NCBI GenBank assembly: GCA_038087875.1
Contig: CM075994.1
Span: 3,908,001-3,972,000 of the forward strand
Direction: 5' to 3'
From: Malacoraja senta
Taxonomy: Eukaryota
Length of the DNA stretch: 64,000 nucleotides
In this document: positions 12,122 to 25,499 of the stretch, one piece after another
How the letters are laid out: each line of letters opens with the position of its first letter
Numbering within the stretch: the stretch's first letter is position 1
The notes under the pieces: generated by a model
What the model was told of the DNA's origin: nothing
Databases searched by the model: none
What the model saw: only the letters and a program-made list of their open reading frames with translations
Made by a program: the position numbers and the translations under genes

Positions 12122-14120
12122 TCAATCATTTGGATGAGAAACTACATGGCATGATTGGCACGTTTGCAGATGAAACATAATTTGGTAGTGTTGTAGATGG
12201 TGAAGATGGTTGGCACAAATTGCAGCAGGATCTTGAAAGTTTAGCGAGATGGGCAGAGGAATGGTTGATAGTATGTAATACAGAAATATTTTGCATTTTG
12301 GGGAGACTTGCATGACAGGACCTACACAACGAATGGAAGAGCTCTAGAGAGTGTTGTTGAGCAGAGGGATATAGGAGTGCAGGTACAGAGTGCGTTGAAA
12401 GTGGCATCACAGGAAGACTGGGTGGTCAAAAAGGCTTTTGGCACACTGGCCTTTATCCGTCAGGGTACTAAGTATAACAGTTGGGAGTTCATGTTGCCTT
12501 TATATGGGACGATGGTGAGGCCTGTGCTATTGGGAGAGGTTGAGCAGGCTTGGACTCACTTCCTTGGAGCGCAGGAGGATGAGCGACGATCTTACAAACT
12601 TAAAGCACATACAAACTTAAAGTACACGGTATTGGGGGTTCAGTATTGATGTGGATAGAGAACTGGCTGGCAAACAGGAAGCAAAGAGCATGAGTAAACG
12701 GGTCCTTTTCAGAATGGCAGGCAGTGACTAGTGGGGTACCGCAAGGCTCAGTGCTGGGACCCCAGCTATTTACAATATATATTAATGATTTGGACGAGGG
12801 AATTGAATGCAACATCTCCAAGTTTGCGGATGACACGAAGCTGGGGGGCAGTGTTAGCTGTGAGGAGGATCCTAGGAGGCTGCAAGGTGACTTGGATAGG
12901 CTGGGTGAGTGGGCAAATGCATGGCAGATGCAGTATAATGTGGATAAATGTGAGGTTATCCACTTTGGTGGCAAAAACAGGAAAGTAGACTATTATCTAA
13001 ATGGTGGCCGATTAGGAAAAGGGGAGATGCAACGAGACCTGTGTGTCATGGTACACCAGTCATTGAAAGTAGGCATGCAGGTGCAGCAGGCAGTGAAGAA
13101 AGCGAATGGTATGTTAGCATTCATAGCAAAAGGATTTGAGTATAGGAGCAGGGAGGTTCTACTGCAGTTGTACAGGGTCTTGGTGAGACCACACCTGGAG
13201 TATTGCGTACAGTTTTGGTCTCCAAATCTGAGGAAATACATTCTTGCCATAGAAGGAGTACAGAGAAGGTTCACCAGATTGATTCCTGGGATGTCAGGAC
13301 TTTCATATGAAGAAAGACTGGAATAGACTCGGCTTGTACTCGCTTGTATTTAGAAGATTGATGGGGGAACTTATTGAAATTTACACAATTCTTAAGGGGT
13401 TGGACACGCTAGATGCAGGAAGATTGTTCCCAATGTTGGGGAAGTCCAGGACAACGGGTCACAGTTTAAGGATTAAGGGGAAATCCTTTAGGACCGAGAT
13501 GAGAAAAACATTTTCACACAGAGAGTGGTGAATCTCTGGAACTCTCTGCCACAGAAGGTAGTTAAGGCCAGTTCATTGGCTATATTTAAGACGGAGTTAG
13601 ATGTGGCCCTTGTGGCTAAAGGGATCAGGGGGTATGGAGAGAAGGCAGGTACAGGATACTGAGTTGGATGATCAGCCATGATCATATTGAATGGCGGTGC
13701 GGGCTCGAAGGGCCGAATGTCCTAATCCTGCACCTATTTTCTATGTTTCTATGTTTCTATGTTTCTTATGGAATTCACGAGAAGAATAGATCCGGTACAC
13801 GCAAAGGGTCTCTTCCCTTGTGTAAGGCAATCGAGAACCATAATACATAGGTTGGAGGCGAGGGTGAAGATGAAATAGGAACCTTTTTTCACAGAAAGGG
13901 TGATGGGAGTAGGGAATGAGTTTCCGGAGGAGGTAGTTGAGGCAGGTACTATCGCATCGTTTAAGGGACATTTAAGAAACATTGTACAGGACTAGGAGAT
14001 GTTTAGACATATATGGGCCAAACTCAGTCAGATGGGACTGATGTAGATGGGACATGATGGTCATTGTGGGCAACTTTGGCCGAAGGGCTTGATTCTACTG
14101 TGTATGATTCAGTGACTATA
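12122..14120 (+). mobile_element. Old CR1 LINE 3' fragment containing a younger CR1 3' insertion (~12595-13765)
   Basis: Young copy: ORF 12724-13326 SGVPQGSVLGP..KFADDTKL..RPHLEYCVQFWSP, ending in (tttctatg)n; degraded CR1 RT and 3' UTR on both sides. Confidence 0.92.
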
Positions 14121-16149
14121 ACTTTAAATCTCTAGATTTAACGTCTTAATATGAAAATCAGTAGAGGAAATGTGTCAGCATTTCCACTTTGTTATATTCT
14201 CCATTTGCAACAGACGAGAAGTGACCATGAATGTTACTGTTCATCGTTTGATACATTTACTACATTTCCTCCTGGTGTTTGCAACCATTTTACGTCAAAA
14301 ATGTTGCAAGTCGGATTAGTATCTGATGAATCATTTCAATGGAATTTCTGGGTTTACATATATATGGAATTGCAGTTGTGAATATAATCACTGTTTTACC
14401 CATTGCTCGCGATTTACAAACGAAGTTCATTGGAAGAACGAGGTATACTTTTTTGCCTTTCTCTTTATAATTCTTACTTCTGAAACAGATGTGATAACCT
14501 TTGCTGGTACAAATACGTTGAATTATGTAATCGATGTATCTGTCCTGTACTTTTCTTAGCACAGCCTAAAGTTTGCTTTGCTGAATTTTTACCATCTCTG
14601 AGTTCTTGTTCTACTCCCTGGGAATACATAAATGCAAGCCAAGATTGGATTGAATTATTTCCTCATAATTGTACTTTGCATTTAAATTAGGAAACTATTA
14701 TTAATATTAAAATGGCATATTTCTCAAACAAATTTGACAATTTGATGAAATACTAGCAAAACATAAACATATGACTATTTTCACTTTGATCGATAGCGTA
14801 AGTGGTGTCGGTCGTTATTTTCCATTTATTAGCTGTTTTTCCCTTCATGGTTGTGTCGAAGATATATAATGTTTCAAACTAAAACAGCTAGCCGGAACAA
14901 CAGGAATAAAATTGTTACATAATCTTAGTTTTCAGCGCATTGTTTAAAATATTGCCCAAACATGTACCTTTCGCTTTGGGCCGACAAAAACCTACTAAGT
15001 GAACATAACATTTTTCATCTCTTTTCGGTTCCATACTTGAAAAACGAGAAGAAAGGAAGAGAATCATAATATTTACATTGTAACGTAACAAAGCACATTT
15101 TCATTTCTACACAGCAATGGCAGCACCGTCTGATCAATATATCAAAACGGAAACAGAAGATGGCGATGAAAAGAAGAGAGAAGACTTGCACATTGGACAT
15201 GAACGAAAGTTCAAATCCTTTAACGCAAAAGGTAATTAGGTGTGGATGATTCACTAGTATTTGTTAAAACTCCGTACTATTTATCGTGCAATCTTATTTG
15301 TTTTAATCCGTTGCAATTTCTATTTTAAGATAGTTTTTGAATAACGTCCATAAATATTGCAAATAAAAATCAAATAGTGTCTTTCAAAACAACGCAGCAA
15401 AACAAGTTGTAAAAGATAAAGTGGTCCAGATTTCATAGAACAATGTCTTGAGTTTCCCGAGTTTGCAATAAAAATCTGAACAGCATTCGAAAAGTCAGCG
15501 GCGGATCTCGCTACTGTTTATCTGAGAGAAGAAAATCTACCCCATGAATTAACGTTTGTTTATATATTAACCAATAAAATATAGTGTTTATCACGGCTAA
15601 CACACAACCACCTCTCCACAACCGCTTCCCCACTTCCACACAACCACCTCTCAACTTTAATTTTCCGATGTGCTTCCGATTTCAAGATTGCTTGATTTAA
15701 CGTTTACGATTCATTATGACAATGTATCAGTTTGTGATACTCATCCATCAAGAGAGAGCCCAAATAGATCACGTGCAGTTATGCCCAATGCTGATACTAT
15801 GCAAGGATTACCTCTGTCCAAAATACTACCATTGTTTCGATGCCAATGCAGCTTCAGTAGATCAAGGTGCATTGAAGTATTGTGTACAATATACAAAATA
15901 AGCATTTTTTTAGTATTGGCGAAGGATGAGCTTCCGTACGAGACAGGTAATTAATATTCACCACATCAACGAATGGATGTCACGTTTATGTTACTAACCT
16001 TTTGTTGATCACCTAATTTGTACGTCTCTATCAGAAAACCGGAATCGAGAAGAGAAATGTCTACTTTAACATAATCATAATTATCATAATCATAATAGTA
16101 GTTTACTAGCCAAGTATGTTTGCAACATACGAGGAATTTGATTTGCCAT

Positions 16150-16850
16150 ACAGTAATACCAATACAGAGCAACAAGACAGGCAATACATTTTTAACATGA
16201 ACATCCACCACGGTGACTCCTCCACATTCCTCACCGTGATGGAAGGCAAAAAAAGTTCAACTTCTTCCCTTTTTGGTTTTCCCGCGGTCGGGGCACTCGT
16301 ACTTTTCGTAGTCGGGGCGATCTTAGCTCCCGCAACCGGCGGTCCGGCCCTCCGCGTCGGGGCGATCACGCTCCCACATCGGGGTGATCTCAGCTCCCCC
16401 GCGCCCGGCGATCAGATCCCGGGTCGGGGCTAGTCGAACCTCCTGCGAATTTGAAGCTTCTCGACATCAGCTTCCACCCGAGACGGCGATCTCCTCGATG
16501 TTGAAATCCGCAGGCCGCGGTTGGAGCGTCAATCCCAGGCAAGGGATTGTAGGCTCCGATGGCAAGTCAACGGCCCGGCGGTGGGGCTCATAGTCAGTCT
16601 CGAGCAAGGCCGCCAGTTCCATGATGCTAGGCCGCAGAGCGACAGGAGATACGATCCAGAAAACAATCGCTTCTTCGATAAGGTAAGAGATTGATACATG
16701 TTTTCGCCGACCCCCTCCCCCACCTCCCACGTAAAACAAGCCAGAGAACATGAACATATACCTTTAAAACACACTAAAAATATGTTTTTTTAAAGACGTA
16801 AAGACAGACACACTGTTGGCGAGGCTGCCATGGCTGAACGGCACCACCCG
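16150..16850. repeat. GC-rich non-coding interspersed repeat, same family as 46705-47460
   Basis: Shared blocks aacat(g/a)aacatccaccac..gtgatggaa and ctg(t/c)tggcgaggc..gc(a/g)ccaccc at both loci. Confidence 0.65.
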
Positions 16851-17539
16851 GTGTACATTATGTATGCAATTGTGCTCTCCGTAGCAATATGACCATGTAG
16901 TAGTATGCTTAGGAGATCAGAATGCCCAGTTGCTTGGAAACTGTAACACAGTGAAGAGATGGGGTTATAGCAACTATTGAGCAAGTGATCATTTTTCTGA
17001 GTAGATGAATAGTATGTTGGCCGAAATGCTAATTTTATATATATATATATATATCGCCCGAGGTGTTTCCTGTTCTTCTTTAAATATCTAGAATTTATTG
17101 TTACGTTGTTATCGGATTTTTGGAATCGGTTCTTATCTGGGTCGTCGTACACAATTATGTACAATTCTATTCCAATTTTGCCATAACATAACTCTTAAGT
17201 TATGGTGATAGAATTACGCCAGGAAAGTGAGTGGATTACTTTCATCCTAATCGTATTACTAAAATTAATTTCTCCATCCTAATCTTGAGATATAAGGCAT
17301 TTGCGCAATCGTTGGAAGGCTAAAGATACAGTAAGATCGTTTTTTAGCTGGTGCAGATTGTGCATTTTAGTTCAGAGCAACAGAGCACAAATGACGCCAT
17401 TATACCGTGTCATCCGTCGGTGCATTGGTTAAATGTATAACATTGGACTTTCATTATGCGCTCAATAATTTAAAGATAAAACTCTCACCCTTCCTCAAAA
17501 CAAGGGTTATTTTTCTCTGTTATCAAGAAATAATGTTTT

Positions 17540-17780
17540 CTTTAACGCTCGTGATGAAAACGATATTATCGAACAGATGCCGCCAAAGACTACGTTCCGT
17601 TATGACAGTTAATTTTGCCTTTGAATCCAATATTAGTTGTGATTATTTCGAATGTAAATTAGCTTTACATTTTTGCAATGTGAGCAATGGCAAATGCAAA
17701 TTCGGTATCCATGGTTCCATTCAATGGGTAGTACGACCATGGACTTTGGGCATAAATTTCAAGTGCCATATCTGTGCATT
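17540..17780 (+). pseudogene. ADAMTS20: Displaced ADAMTS20/9-like thrombospondin-repeat segment
   Basis: Within ORF 17407-17811: RSVMTVNF ~ RQV(M/L)C(V/M)NY; IHGSIQWVVRPW ~ VRGNQWRTGPW, in the right order. Confidence 0.45.
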
Positions 17781-18689
17781 ACAGATATCGCAGACTTGGT
17801 GGACAGTTTAAAAAATGCAGGTAAGATGTACTTGCACTAATGCGGGGAGGGAGATATTCAAATATTACTAATACGTTCTTTATATGATTGTATTTCTATG
17901 GTAACATTTTCTCAAAGATACGCATGTCCACAAATCGTGATAGAAGTCAAGGCATAAGGGAAAAATATCCCCGCAGATTGTCAACTAGCTACTAACAATG
18001 CCAAACTATTGTCTGGTTACATATCATAGTAAGGTTATTTTACCTATGAATGCTGTATATAAATACAGTACATACATTATAGTCAACGCCCTCGACTGCA
18101 GGGAGGAAAATAAACATATTTGGAGGATTGCTGACATTTTTCTCCCCTCTGCATTATTTTCTTTCAGAAGCCGTACTTAGCGAAAAGGAGGAAGGTGTGT
18201 TATTATGTCAACCGTAAAGACTACGGATGCTTCCATCTTGACCAAATAACTACTAGAAGATCTCAGCGAGTCAGGCATCATCTGTAGAGGGATGAAGTGT
18301 CCGGGCCCTAACATTGGCAGTCTGACGAAAGATTCCGACCCAAAAAGTCGCCTGTCTATTTCCTGCTTACCTGTTTCCGCTGAGTTCCTCCTCAGCGCCT
18401 GACCACTTGAGTTATGTTTGTTTTTGCTGAAGGTGCGTTTTTAAATGAATTCAAAGTTGACCAAGTAAAGCAAATCCGGGCGAATAAAACATCACGACAA
18501 CATAATACATATCCCTAACAATGCGACCCAACCGCCTAGGCGTTTGTTGCAGGATACCCGGTATACTGCAAATGGTCTTTTCGTTCAGACAATATCCAAA
18601 TCATTCACTATTAGTCACTGTCGAGATGTCAAGTACAAGCCACATAATGTTCGAAATTGGATATCCCGGCAGAACATTGATGTATCACT

Positions 18690-21600
18690 CTCAATTTTTT
18701 TCTTAATGACTTGGATTATCCTATTGGCTATCCCTAATGACTATCATGGATTAACCTATTGGAATAACCCCCTTGACTTTTCATAATGTGGTAGACAGTT
18801 TTGTTATTTTCAGCATTCTGAGTTCTTTTTTTAATTGAAAAATGCAATACAGATCAATTATATCGGAAAAATCGGCCAGAATTCATAATTAAATCTATGC
18901 TCTGGGTTTCTGTATTTTATTCAGAATTGAAGAAAATTATTGAAGCACTGAAGCGGAAAGGTGAATAATCCATAAATATCGTTTTTAGCATGACATGTGC
19001 GAAAAAGCATGGCATCACGACAATTTATGCTCCAAAGAGTTACAGAGTGATACAGTGCGGGAACAGGCTCTTCGGCCCAACTTGTTCACACCGGCCAACA
19101 TGTCCCAGCTACACTAGCCCCACCTGCCAGGATTTGGTGCAGAACCCTCCAAACCTGTCCTATCCATCTGCCAGTCTAACTGCTGCTTGAATGTTGGGAT
19201 AATCCCTGCCTCAACTACCGCCTCTGGCAGCTTGTTCCATACATCCACCACTCATTGTGTGAACAAATTTTCCCTGACATTCCTAATAAATCTTTCCCCT
19301 TCATCTCGAACCTATGTCCACCTGTCTGCGTACGCTACCAGTGTTTCGAAATTAAAGATACATGATTAAAAGATGGCCCTTCGGCGCAGTATGTGCGTGG
19401 GCTCTAGTAAGTATGCCATCCCGGCTTGTACAGGTCCCATCTTCTCGTAAAAAATCACCGTAATCCAGAAATCCATAGGCACCCGATTTCCAACTTATTT
19501 CCGGCCACATATTCGTCGTACAAAAGTGGAAGTATAAATTAAGAAATGTGGAAGCTGGTAACTTGAATTTAAACCGTAAATGATGGAAGCATTCAGCAGC
19601 AAGACAGTATATATGGAATGGAACCACATTTAACGTGTAATACCCAAAGTACCTTGGTGCGTATTACTATTTTGATTGTTGTGCTTATGTCAACAGAAAA
19701 TACTTTCGGTCAGCAAGAAAAAGGTATCTATTCCAATACTTGCGGTATTTGTTCCATAGGTTTTTGTTTGCTTATAACTTGCTATTTCATCAACATCTGT
19801 CAAATCTGTTATGGGATATCCGTCAATTATTTGTGTCTTATTTTTCTTAATACTGTTTACACTGTTATGCCTTTGTCTTTCCCTGCTGGAAGTATGCAAC
19901 CCCCTGCATCGTGAATTCTGTATTTTATGCCGCGGAAGCCCAGATTCTCTGAATTACTTCTGGGAAACGGACGAGAAGAAACATGCGCAAAGAAATATGC
20001 AGACAGTGAGCATGCTTCTGGAAGAGTAAATTAACAGAGACGTGCTAACAATGAAGATAGTTTAACCATTAATAGCTCTATAGTCTGAGAGCCATTAATG
20101 CGTCAGTTAAGGCCAGAATGCAGAGACAACGAGGATACCAACGCCAAAGTTAGGAAAACGCAACCCATCCCACAAAAGCGCCCAATGGACGACATTGGTC
20201 ATAACGACAGAAAAGAATGAAAGGTCAGCAATAGGTACTGACATTTTGTAACAAAATCTTGATATAACCAAACTCCTGTTTTATGAGATTGAAAGGTTCA
20301 CAGTCTCATGGCTAAAATACAATCAATTTCAGCTTAGGCATCTATTAGGTGATTATTCTGTTTAAGTAAGAGTGTGCAAGAATGTTGACGTCTAAACTTC
20401 GTGCCAATAATCAATAACCCCTTCACTGAGCGCTCCATAATCAACCCGCTCTGTTATTTCATGAGACTGGACCCAAATTACATCAAACATCGTGAAAACT
20501 ACTTCAATTAATCGTCACTAAATTCGAGAAGAGAAAATACCTCTGACACGCAGATATTCTGTAATTGTGACCACCTTCAGAAAGTGAAGCAAATAAAATA
20601 TTATATGTAAAAGTTGTCATTTTATTATCTGCCATTTGGTCAGGTGATCAGGGCAGGCGTTCGCGAATTCTTCCTTAGTATTGGCGAAATTGCGCTACCT
20701 AATTTCAGTATGGAGTTTGTTCATCAAGAGGAGCATTCGCCGTAGCTGACGATATGTAACTTGCATGAACAAGTACTGAGTGCAATAACAATTGTGCATG
20801 TCATTTGATGATATTAAGAACGACCTCGAATTCATCTGAAGAGAAGATATGCGGGCAGAGCGTGAACGTGACTGGTCTAAAAATTATGTTTACTTTCCAA
20901 TCTTGCTAAATGAAGGCATACCTGCCAGGATTCCTAGCTGGCCATTTAACCCCAGAACAAAGCGACATCAAGCAAGGCCGTGTTCTCGCTGCACATTTCT
21001 CCTCAATCTTTTTGGTACTATTAGTCACTTCCTGCTAACACCCATTCACATTTCCTTTTCTACTGTATCTTATATATATTTATTTTTCTGCTTCAGGGAG
21101 AGGCACGTCAGAACATGGGATTTCCGAAAAAGGTAGAGACAAAATAAAATATCCAACTATGCTGATTAAGATACCACAGTTATATATTGTAGTCTAAATT
21201 TTCAGGAAAATATACATATAATAGATATCAATCAGGTGTATTTTCTTTCACGATAGGGCAGTGCTGAACAGTTCTATTTTTTTCCTCAACCAGGATCCAA
21301 CATTGTATCGAAATCCGCAGGGAAAAAAAACATATTTCAAAAATTATAGTGTATTCTTGGTTTAACCTCATGAATCCCCTCAACTGAAGATTTCACCTTC
21401 AATAAGCCACGAGTAAAATAAGCTCAAGACGCCTGAAATTAATTAGTTCAAGTTCAAGTGAGTTTATTGTCATGTGTCCCTGATAGGACAATGAAATTCT
21501 TGCTTTGCTTCAGCACAATAGAACATAGAAGGCATTGACTACAAAACAGATCAGTGTGTCCATATATCATTATATAAATATATACACACATTAATAAATA

Positions 21601-22800
21601 AACTGATTACACTAAGATGTAAGTGTGGAAATTCGCTGTTCCAAGCAGGTATTTTTTGGGGATCAGTTCGACATTTTTATTCAATTTTATATTCACGCAT
21701 TAGCAGAAAACGGTGAGTTCCATCAAATCCAACAAATATATTCTTCCAACGGTGCATTCCCTATTTTTTAATTCTACACAGAGACTACCACAGACTGACA
21801 ATTCTATATTTCCATTGTTCAAGGATTGTACTCCCAGTGACTTGTAAATATCAATGTTACACTTGGCTTTGTACATCAGGATCATTTGATCTACACCAAG
21901 ACACACCTACTTTCAACGCTGTGCCTTTTCGTTTTGACAGCCCAATTTGCAGCTCCCATATATCAACTATCGCATCAGGTATCAAATAAAACATTCAACG
22001 ATTTCTCAACCTCGAGCAATAACAATCGAAGATAAATTATCCTGCTCCTAGACGACTGCAAATCAATGCAAGTACATAAAAAATTGCAAATATGCATGTA
22101 TATTCGAATTCTGTTTTTGCATTGCAGAAATCTCCATACTGGACGAAAGCTTAAGTAAAGCAGGTATACTCTATCAAACATTAATTCAAGGAAACTTGTA
22201 ATTTGCCAGTGACAACGATAATAAGGAACCGATATTGCGTTCTAAAACATTCGAGGCTTTAACTGTCGTAAGCAATACCTCTGCCATGAAAAAAGTTAGC
22301 ACTTTAACTTTCCACCAATTGCAAGATTAATTCTGATCGTAATCTAAGACATGCGAAAGTTGGAGATGAACTGCCAAGAGAAGTTGCAGACCAATTCGCT
22401 TCCAGAAAAGCCAACAGATAACAATTCGTTCGCAACTCCTTTTGGCATTTCATCTCGAAGTTTTCATAAGTGGGCTTCATATCAAGCAAATGTCTGAAGT
22501 ATTTCAGGTCAGCCATGATTGGAGCATCTAATCTCGCTTCAACTACTGAGCCCATAATCTTTCCAATAGGATTAACGTTTCATTCTGAAAAGAGTCTACA
22601 AATAAATTTATATTATTTTCTCCATCTTCATTAAGCGAATTACTGTGGTAAATGAAGGGGCCTTAATTTTGATTGAAAAAGGTAGAGTGGAAAAAGCTAA
22701 CTCCAGTATTGTGTTTGGTTTACTCCATTCTGTTTTTAATCGTTTATTTGCAACTTGACATTAATTATCCGATATTATATTATTTCATTGTAATTAGCGT
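18690..22800 (+). pseudogene. PUS7L: Decayed PUS7L pseudogene, divergent from IRAK4
   Basis: 18736-18780 NDYHGLTYWNNPLDF ~ NDHVGFHGTIKSSPSDF; 19907-19981 HREFCIL..DSLNYFWETDEKK ~ YKELCHL..EAFDFFKYLDAKK; ~20150-20190 VR..KRPM ~ VR..KRPL; 20889-20970 FTFQ..GFLAGHLTPEQSDI ~ FTLR..GFLAIKLGVIPSDF; ~22240 LKHS-RL ~ LPHSMRI; ~22585-22660 SEKSLQ..NYCGK*R ~ SRDGLQ..NIPGCYR. Confidence 0.88.
19036..19320 (-). mobile_element. CR1 3' UTR fragment inserted in the first PUS7L coding exon
   Basis: Typical CR1 end (ggctcttcggcccaact..cctgcctcaactacc..ctggcagcttgttccatac), similar to 13870-14110 in reverse. Confidence 0.8.
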
Positions 22801-22829
22801 TTAGTTTTACAAACTGTAACATTATAGTT

Positions 22830-23220
22830 TAATGTAAAGAATGTTGGCAGAAATACGCAAAGGACTAGAATGTCTGCGTGTTTTGGAAATGTGAACACGG
22901 CCTTAAAGCATCTAGGCACATGGTTCACCCCTAACCTTCCACAGTAGCGCGTTGTTCAAGTGGGTCAAACAAGAACAACTTCTGGAACGGGAAAACGAAA
23001 ATAAATTGCAAATACATGTAACAAACATCGAAATATTCAGCACGATAAGGCATTTTTTTAAATAGCGAAAGAACTCAATTTTGATTGCTCATTTTTAAAT
23101 ATCTATTTGTTTCAGAACGCCTGCTGCTGAAGAGAGAAACGGGTAGGGCAATTAAATAAATTAAAGTTATCGTCAGTATATTGAGGAAGATCCGTAGTAA
23201 AGTGCGGCTAGACCACGCAC
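22830..23220 (-). pseudogene. ADAMTS20: ADAMTS20-like spacer end and second TSR remnant
   Basis: YYGSSSIY*R ~ YSGSNNAVER; DVCY ~ DV(H/R)Y; WKVRGEPCA*ML*G..TRRHSS ~ WDPYGPWEGCTKMCQG..TCIHKS. Confidence 0.7.
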
Positions 23221-23223
23221 ACA

Positions 23224-23249
23224 TCTATCTCTATCTATCTATCTATCTA

Positions 23250-23305
<56 letters not shown>

Positions 23306-23324
23306 CCTATCTATCTATCTATCC

Positions 23325-23360
<36 letters not shown>

Positions 23361-23361
23361 G

Positions 23362-23398
<37 letters not shown>

Positions 23399-23413
23399 TT
23401 ATCTATCTATCTA

Positions 23414-23444
<31 letters not shown>

Positions 23445-23445
23445 C

Positions 23446-23493
<48 letters not shown>

Positions 23494-23568
23494 CTCTATC
23501 TATCTATCTATCTCTCTATCTATCTATCTATCTATCTATCAATCTATCTATCTATCTATTGATCTCTA

Positions 23569-23611
<43 letters not shown>

Positions 23612-23712
23612 ATATCTATCTATCTATCTATCTATCTATCTGTCTGTCTATCTAACTATCTATCTATCTATCTATCTATCTATTTATCTATCTATGTATC
23701 TATCTATCTATG

Positions 23713-23771
<59 letters not shown>

Positions 23772-23805
23772 ATATATATATCTGTAAATCTATCTATATC
23801 TATAC
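23224..23805. repeat. (TCTA)n microsatellite
   Basis: About 580 bp of imperfect TCTA repeats, read directly. Confidence 0.98.
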
Positions 23806-24077
23806 AACTATTAAAAGTCTGATCTTGTTTGTATGTGTGTTATTACATCTTCGCGAAAAAAGTACGCGGTAACGATAAAATATTTATATATTCCAGTTGA
23901 TATTTTTCCCGTCGAGTCCAAATCACCGTATCTGAAAATGCCATGCTTTATTTGTCGAATTATTACTGAAAATGTTTTAAAAATATCAAAAGACTGAATT
24001 TAAACGAGAAGCTCTCGCAGAGACGTCACAATGGGTCTGCTCGCTGCGGTCGTCCACGAGCGGCGAGCGACGTCAGT

Positions 24078-25478
24078 CCCCCTCCCCCCCCACCGCCACC
24101 CCCCCACCCCACCGCCACCCCCCCCCCCCACCCCCCCCCCCACCCCCCACCCCCACCACCCCCCCCGCCCCCGCCTCCGTTATTCAAAAGACGCCGCCGG
24201 AGATGAAGTCTGGCCCTGGACTGAAGCGGCCGAACTCGCGGTCCTTTGGTCGACGCCCGCCAGCCGTCTCGCTCGGAGCCCTCCGCGGGTCGACGCCCGC
24301 CCGCCTGCCCGCCTGCCCGCATGCCCGCCGGCCGGTTTGGTCGGTGTTTTCTGGTCAGCGCCTGGTGGGGAGGCTGCGGCTTCCCACTAGTCCACGTCTG
24401 CCCTCTCCCTCTGTCTCTGCCCCCTCCTTCTGTCTCTGCCCTCTCCCTCTGTCTCTGTCCTCAATGTCTCTGCCCATTCCGTCAGTCTCTGCCCTCACCC
24501 TCTGTCTCTGCCCTCACCCTCTGTCTCCGCCCTCTCCCTCTGTATCTGCCCTCTCCCTCTGTATCTGCCCTCTCCCTCTGTCCATGCCCACTCCCACTAT
24601 CTCTGACCTCTCGCTCTGTCTCTGCCCTCATCTCCCTGTCTCTGCCCTCTCTCTCTCTGCCTCTGCCCTTTCTCTCTCTCTGTCTTTTCTCTCTGTCTCT
24701 GCCCTCTCTCTGTCTCTGCTCTTTCCCTCTGTCTCTGCCCTCTCTGTCTGTCTCTGCCCTCTCTCGCTGTCTGTGCCATTTTTCTCTGTCTCTGCCCTTT
24801 CTCTTTCTCTCGTCCTCTCCCTCTGTATCTGCCCTCTCCCTCTGCCTCTGCCCTCTTAGGCCTCTGTCTCTGCCCCCCCTCTATCTCTGCCCTCCCTCTG
24901 TCTCTACCCTCTTAGGCCTCTATCTCTGCCTCTCCCTCTGTCTCTGCCTCTCCCTCTGTCTCGGCACTCTCCCCCTGTCTCTGCCCTATCTCTCTCTCTG
25001 CCCTCTCTCTCCGTCTCTTGCCCACTCTCTGCGTCTCTGCCCTCTCCCTCGTCTCTGCCCTCTTTCCCCGTCTCTGCCCTCTCTCTCCGTCTCTTCCCTC
25101 TCTCTCCTTCTCTGCCCTGCTCTGCGTCTACTCCCTCTCTCTCCGTCTCTGCCCTATCTCTGTGCCTGCCTTTTCTGCCCTCTATCTCTGCCCTCACTCT
25201 CTGCTCTCTCTTTCTTCCCTTTCTCTCTGCCCTCCTTCTCTGCACTCTCTATCTCTGCCCTCTCTCTGCCCCCTCTCTCTGCCCTCTCTCTGTCTCTGCT
25301 CTCCCTCTCTGCCCTCTCGCTCTCTGCCCTTTCTCTCTCTTCCCTCTTCCTCTCTGCCCTCTCTCTCTCTACTCTCTGTCTCTCTCTGCCCTCTCTCTCT
25401 TTCTGCCCTCTCTATCTCTCTGCCCTCTCTCTCTCTCTCTCTCTGCCCTCTCTCACTCTGCCCTCTCTCTCTCCCCTC
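24078..25478. repeat. Poly-C/GC-rich block followed by (CTCTGC/CT)n polypyrimidine low-complexity tract
   Basis: Read directly; it generates the long spurious Leu/Ser/Pro ORFs. Confidence 0.92.
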
Positions 25479-25499
25479 TACAATTCCGTACAATTATAC

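Larger units (their letters stand above)
10950..17215 (-). pseudogene. IRAK4: Decayed IRAK4 pseudogene with recognisable exon-intron skeleton
   Basis: Death-domain exon from 16996 (ctcag|) KNDHLLNSCYNPISSLCYSFQATGHSDLLSILL ~ RFEALLQTGKSPTSELLFDWGTTNCTVGDLVDLLI; ~17215-17040 IT.T*..C..DP..KK..RY; ~14930 LK..NNF; 14618-14552 SEMVKIQ..VLRK ~ TEELKQQ..VMAK; 12088-11973 AG..GT exon, phase 0 to 2; ~11810-11670 LSQFEMA..VG..AQD..*GE ~ ISDFGLA..VG..APE..RGE; 11337 (tttgcag|) VMLEIITG......H ~ VLLEIITG......H; 11205 (tcacag|) DESVSIEDYL..M ~ DEEKTIEDYI..M. Confidence 0.92.

Noticed and set aside
14275..14381. Plus-strand C.H..G..SD..VYIYM, similar to the IRAK4 hinge exon
   Set aside because: Wrong strand relative to all other IRAK4 exons; a minus-strand candidate overlaps this near-palindromic AT stretch. 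A micro-inversion is not excluded.
15670..15954. VMPNADTMQGL, similar to IRAK4 YMPNGSL or TWF1 TLQGV
   Set aside because: Isolated short match, out of order and strand.
19352..19627. Minus-strand GAYGFLDYG kinase P-loop-like motif
   Set aside because: Antisense to the PUS7L exon and upstream of the IRAK4 start; no further kinase motifs.
22304..22555. Plausible-looking 83-aa minus ORF
   Set aside because: Antisense shadow of PUS7L 3' exon remnants; no recognisable family.
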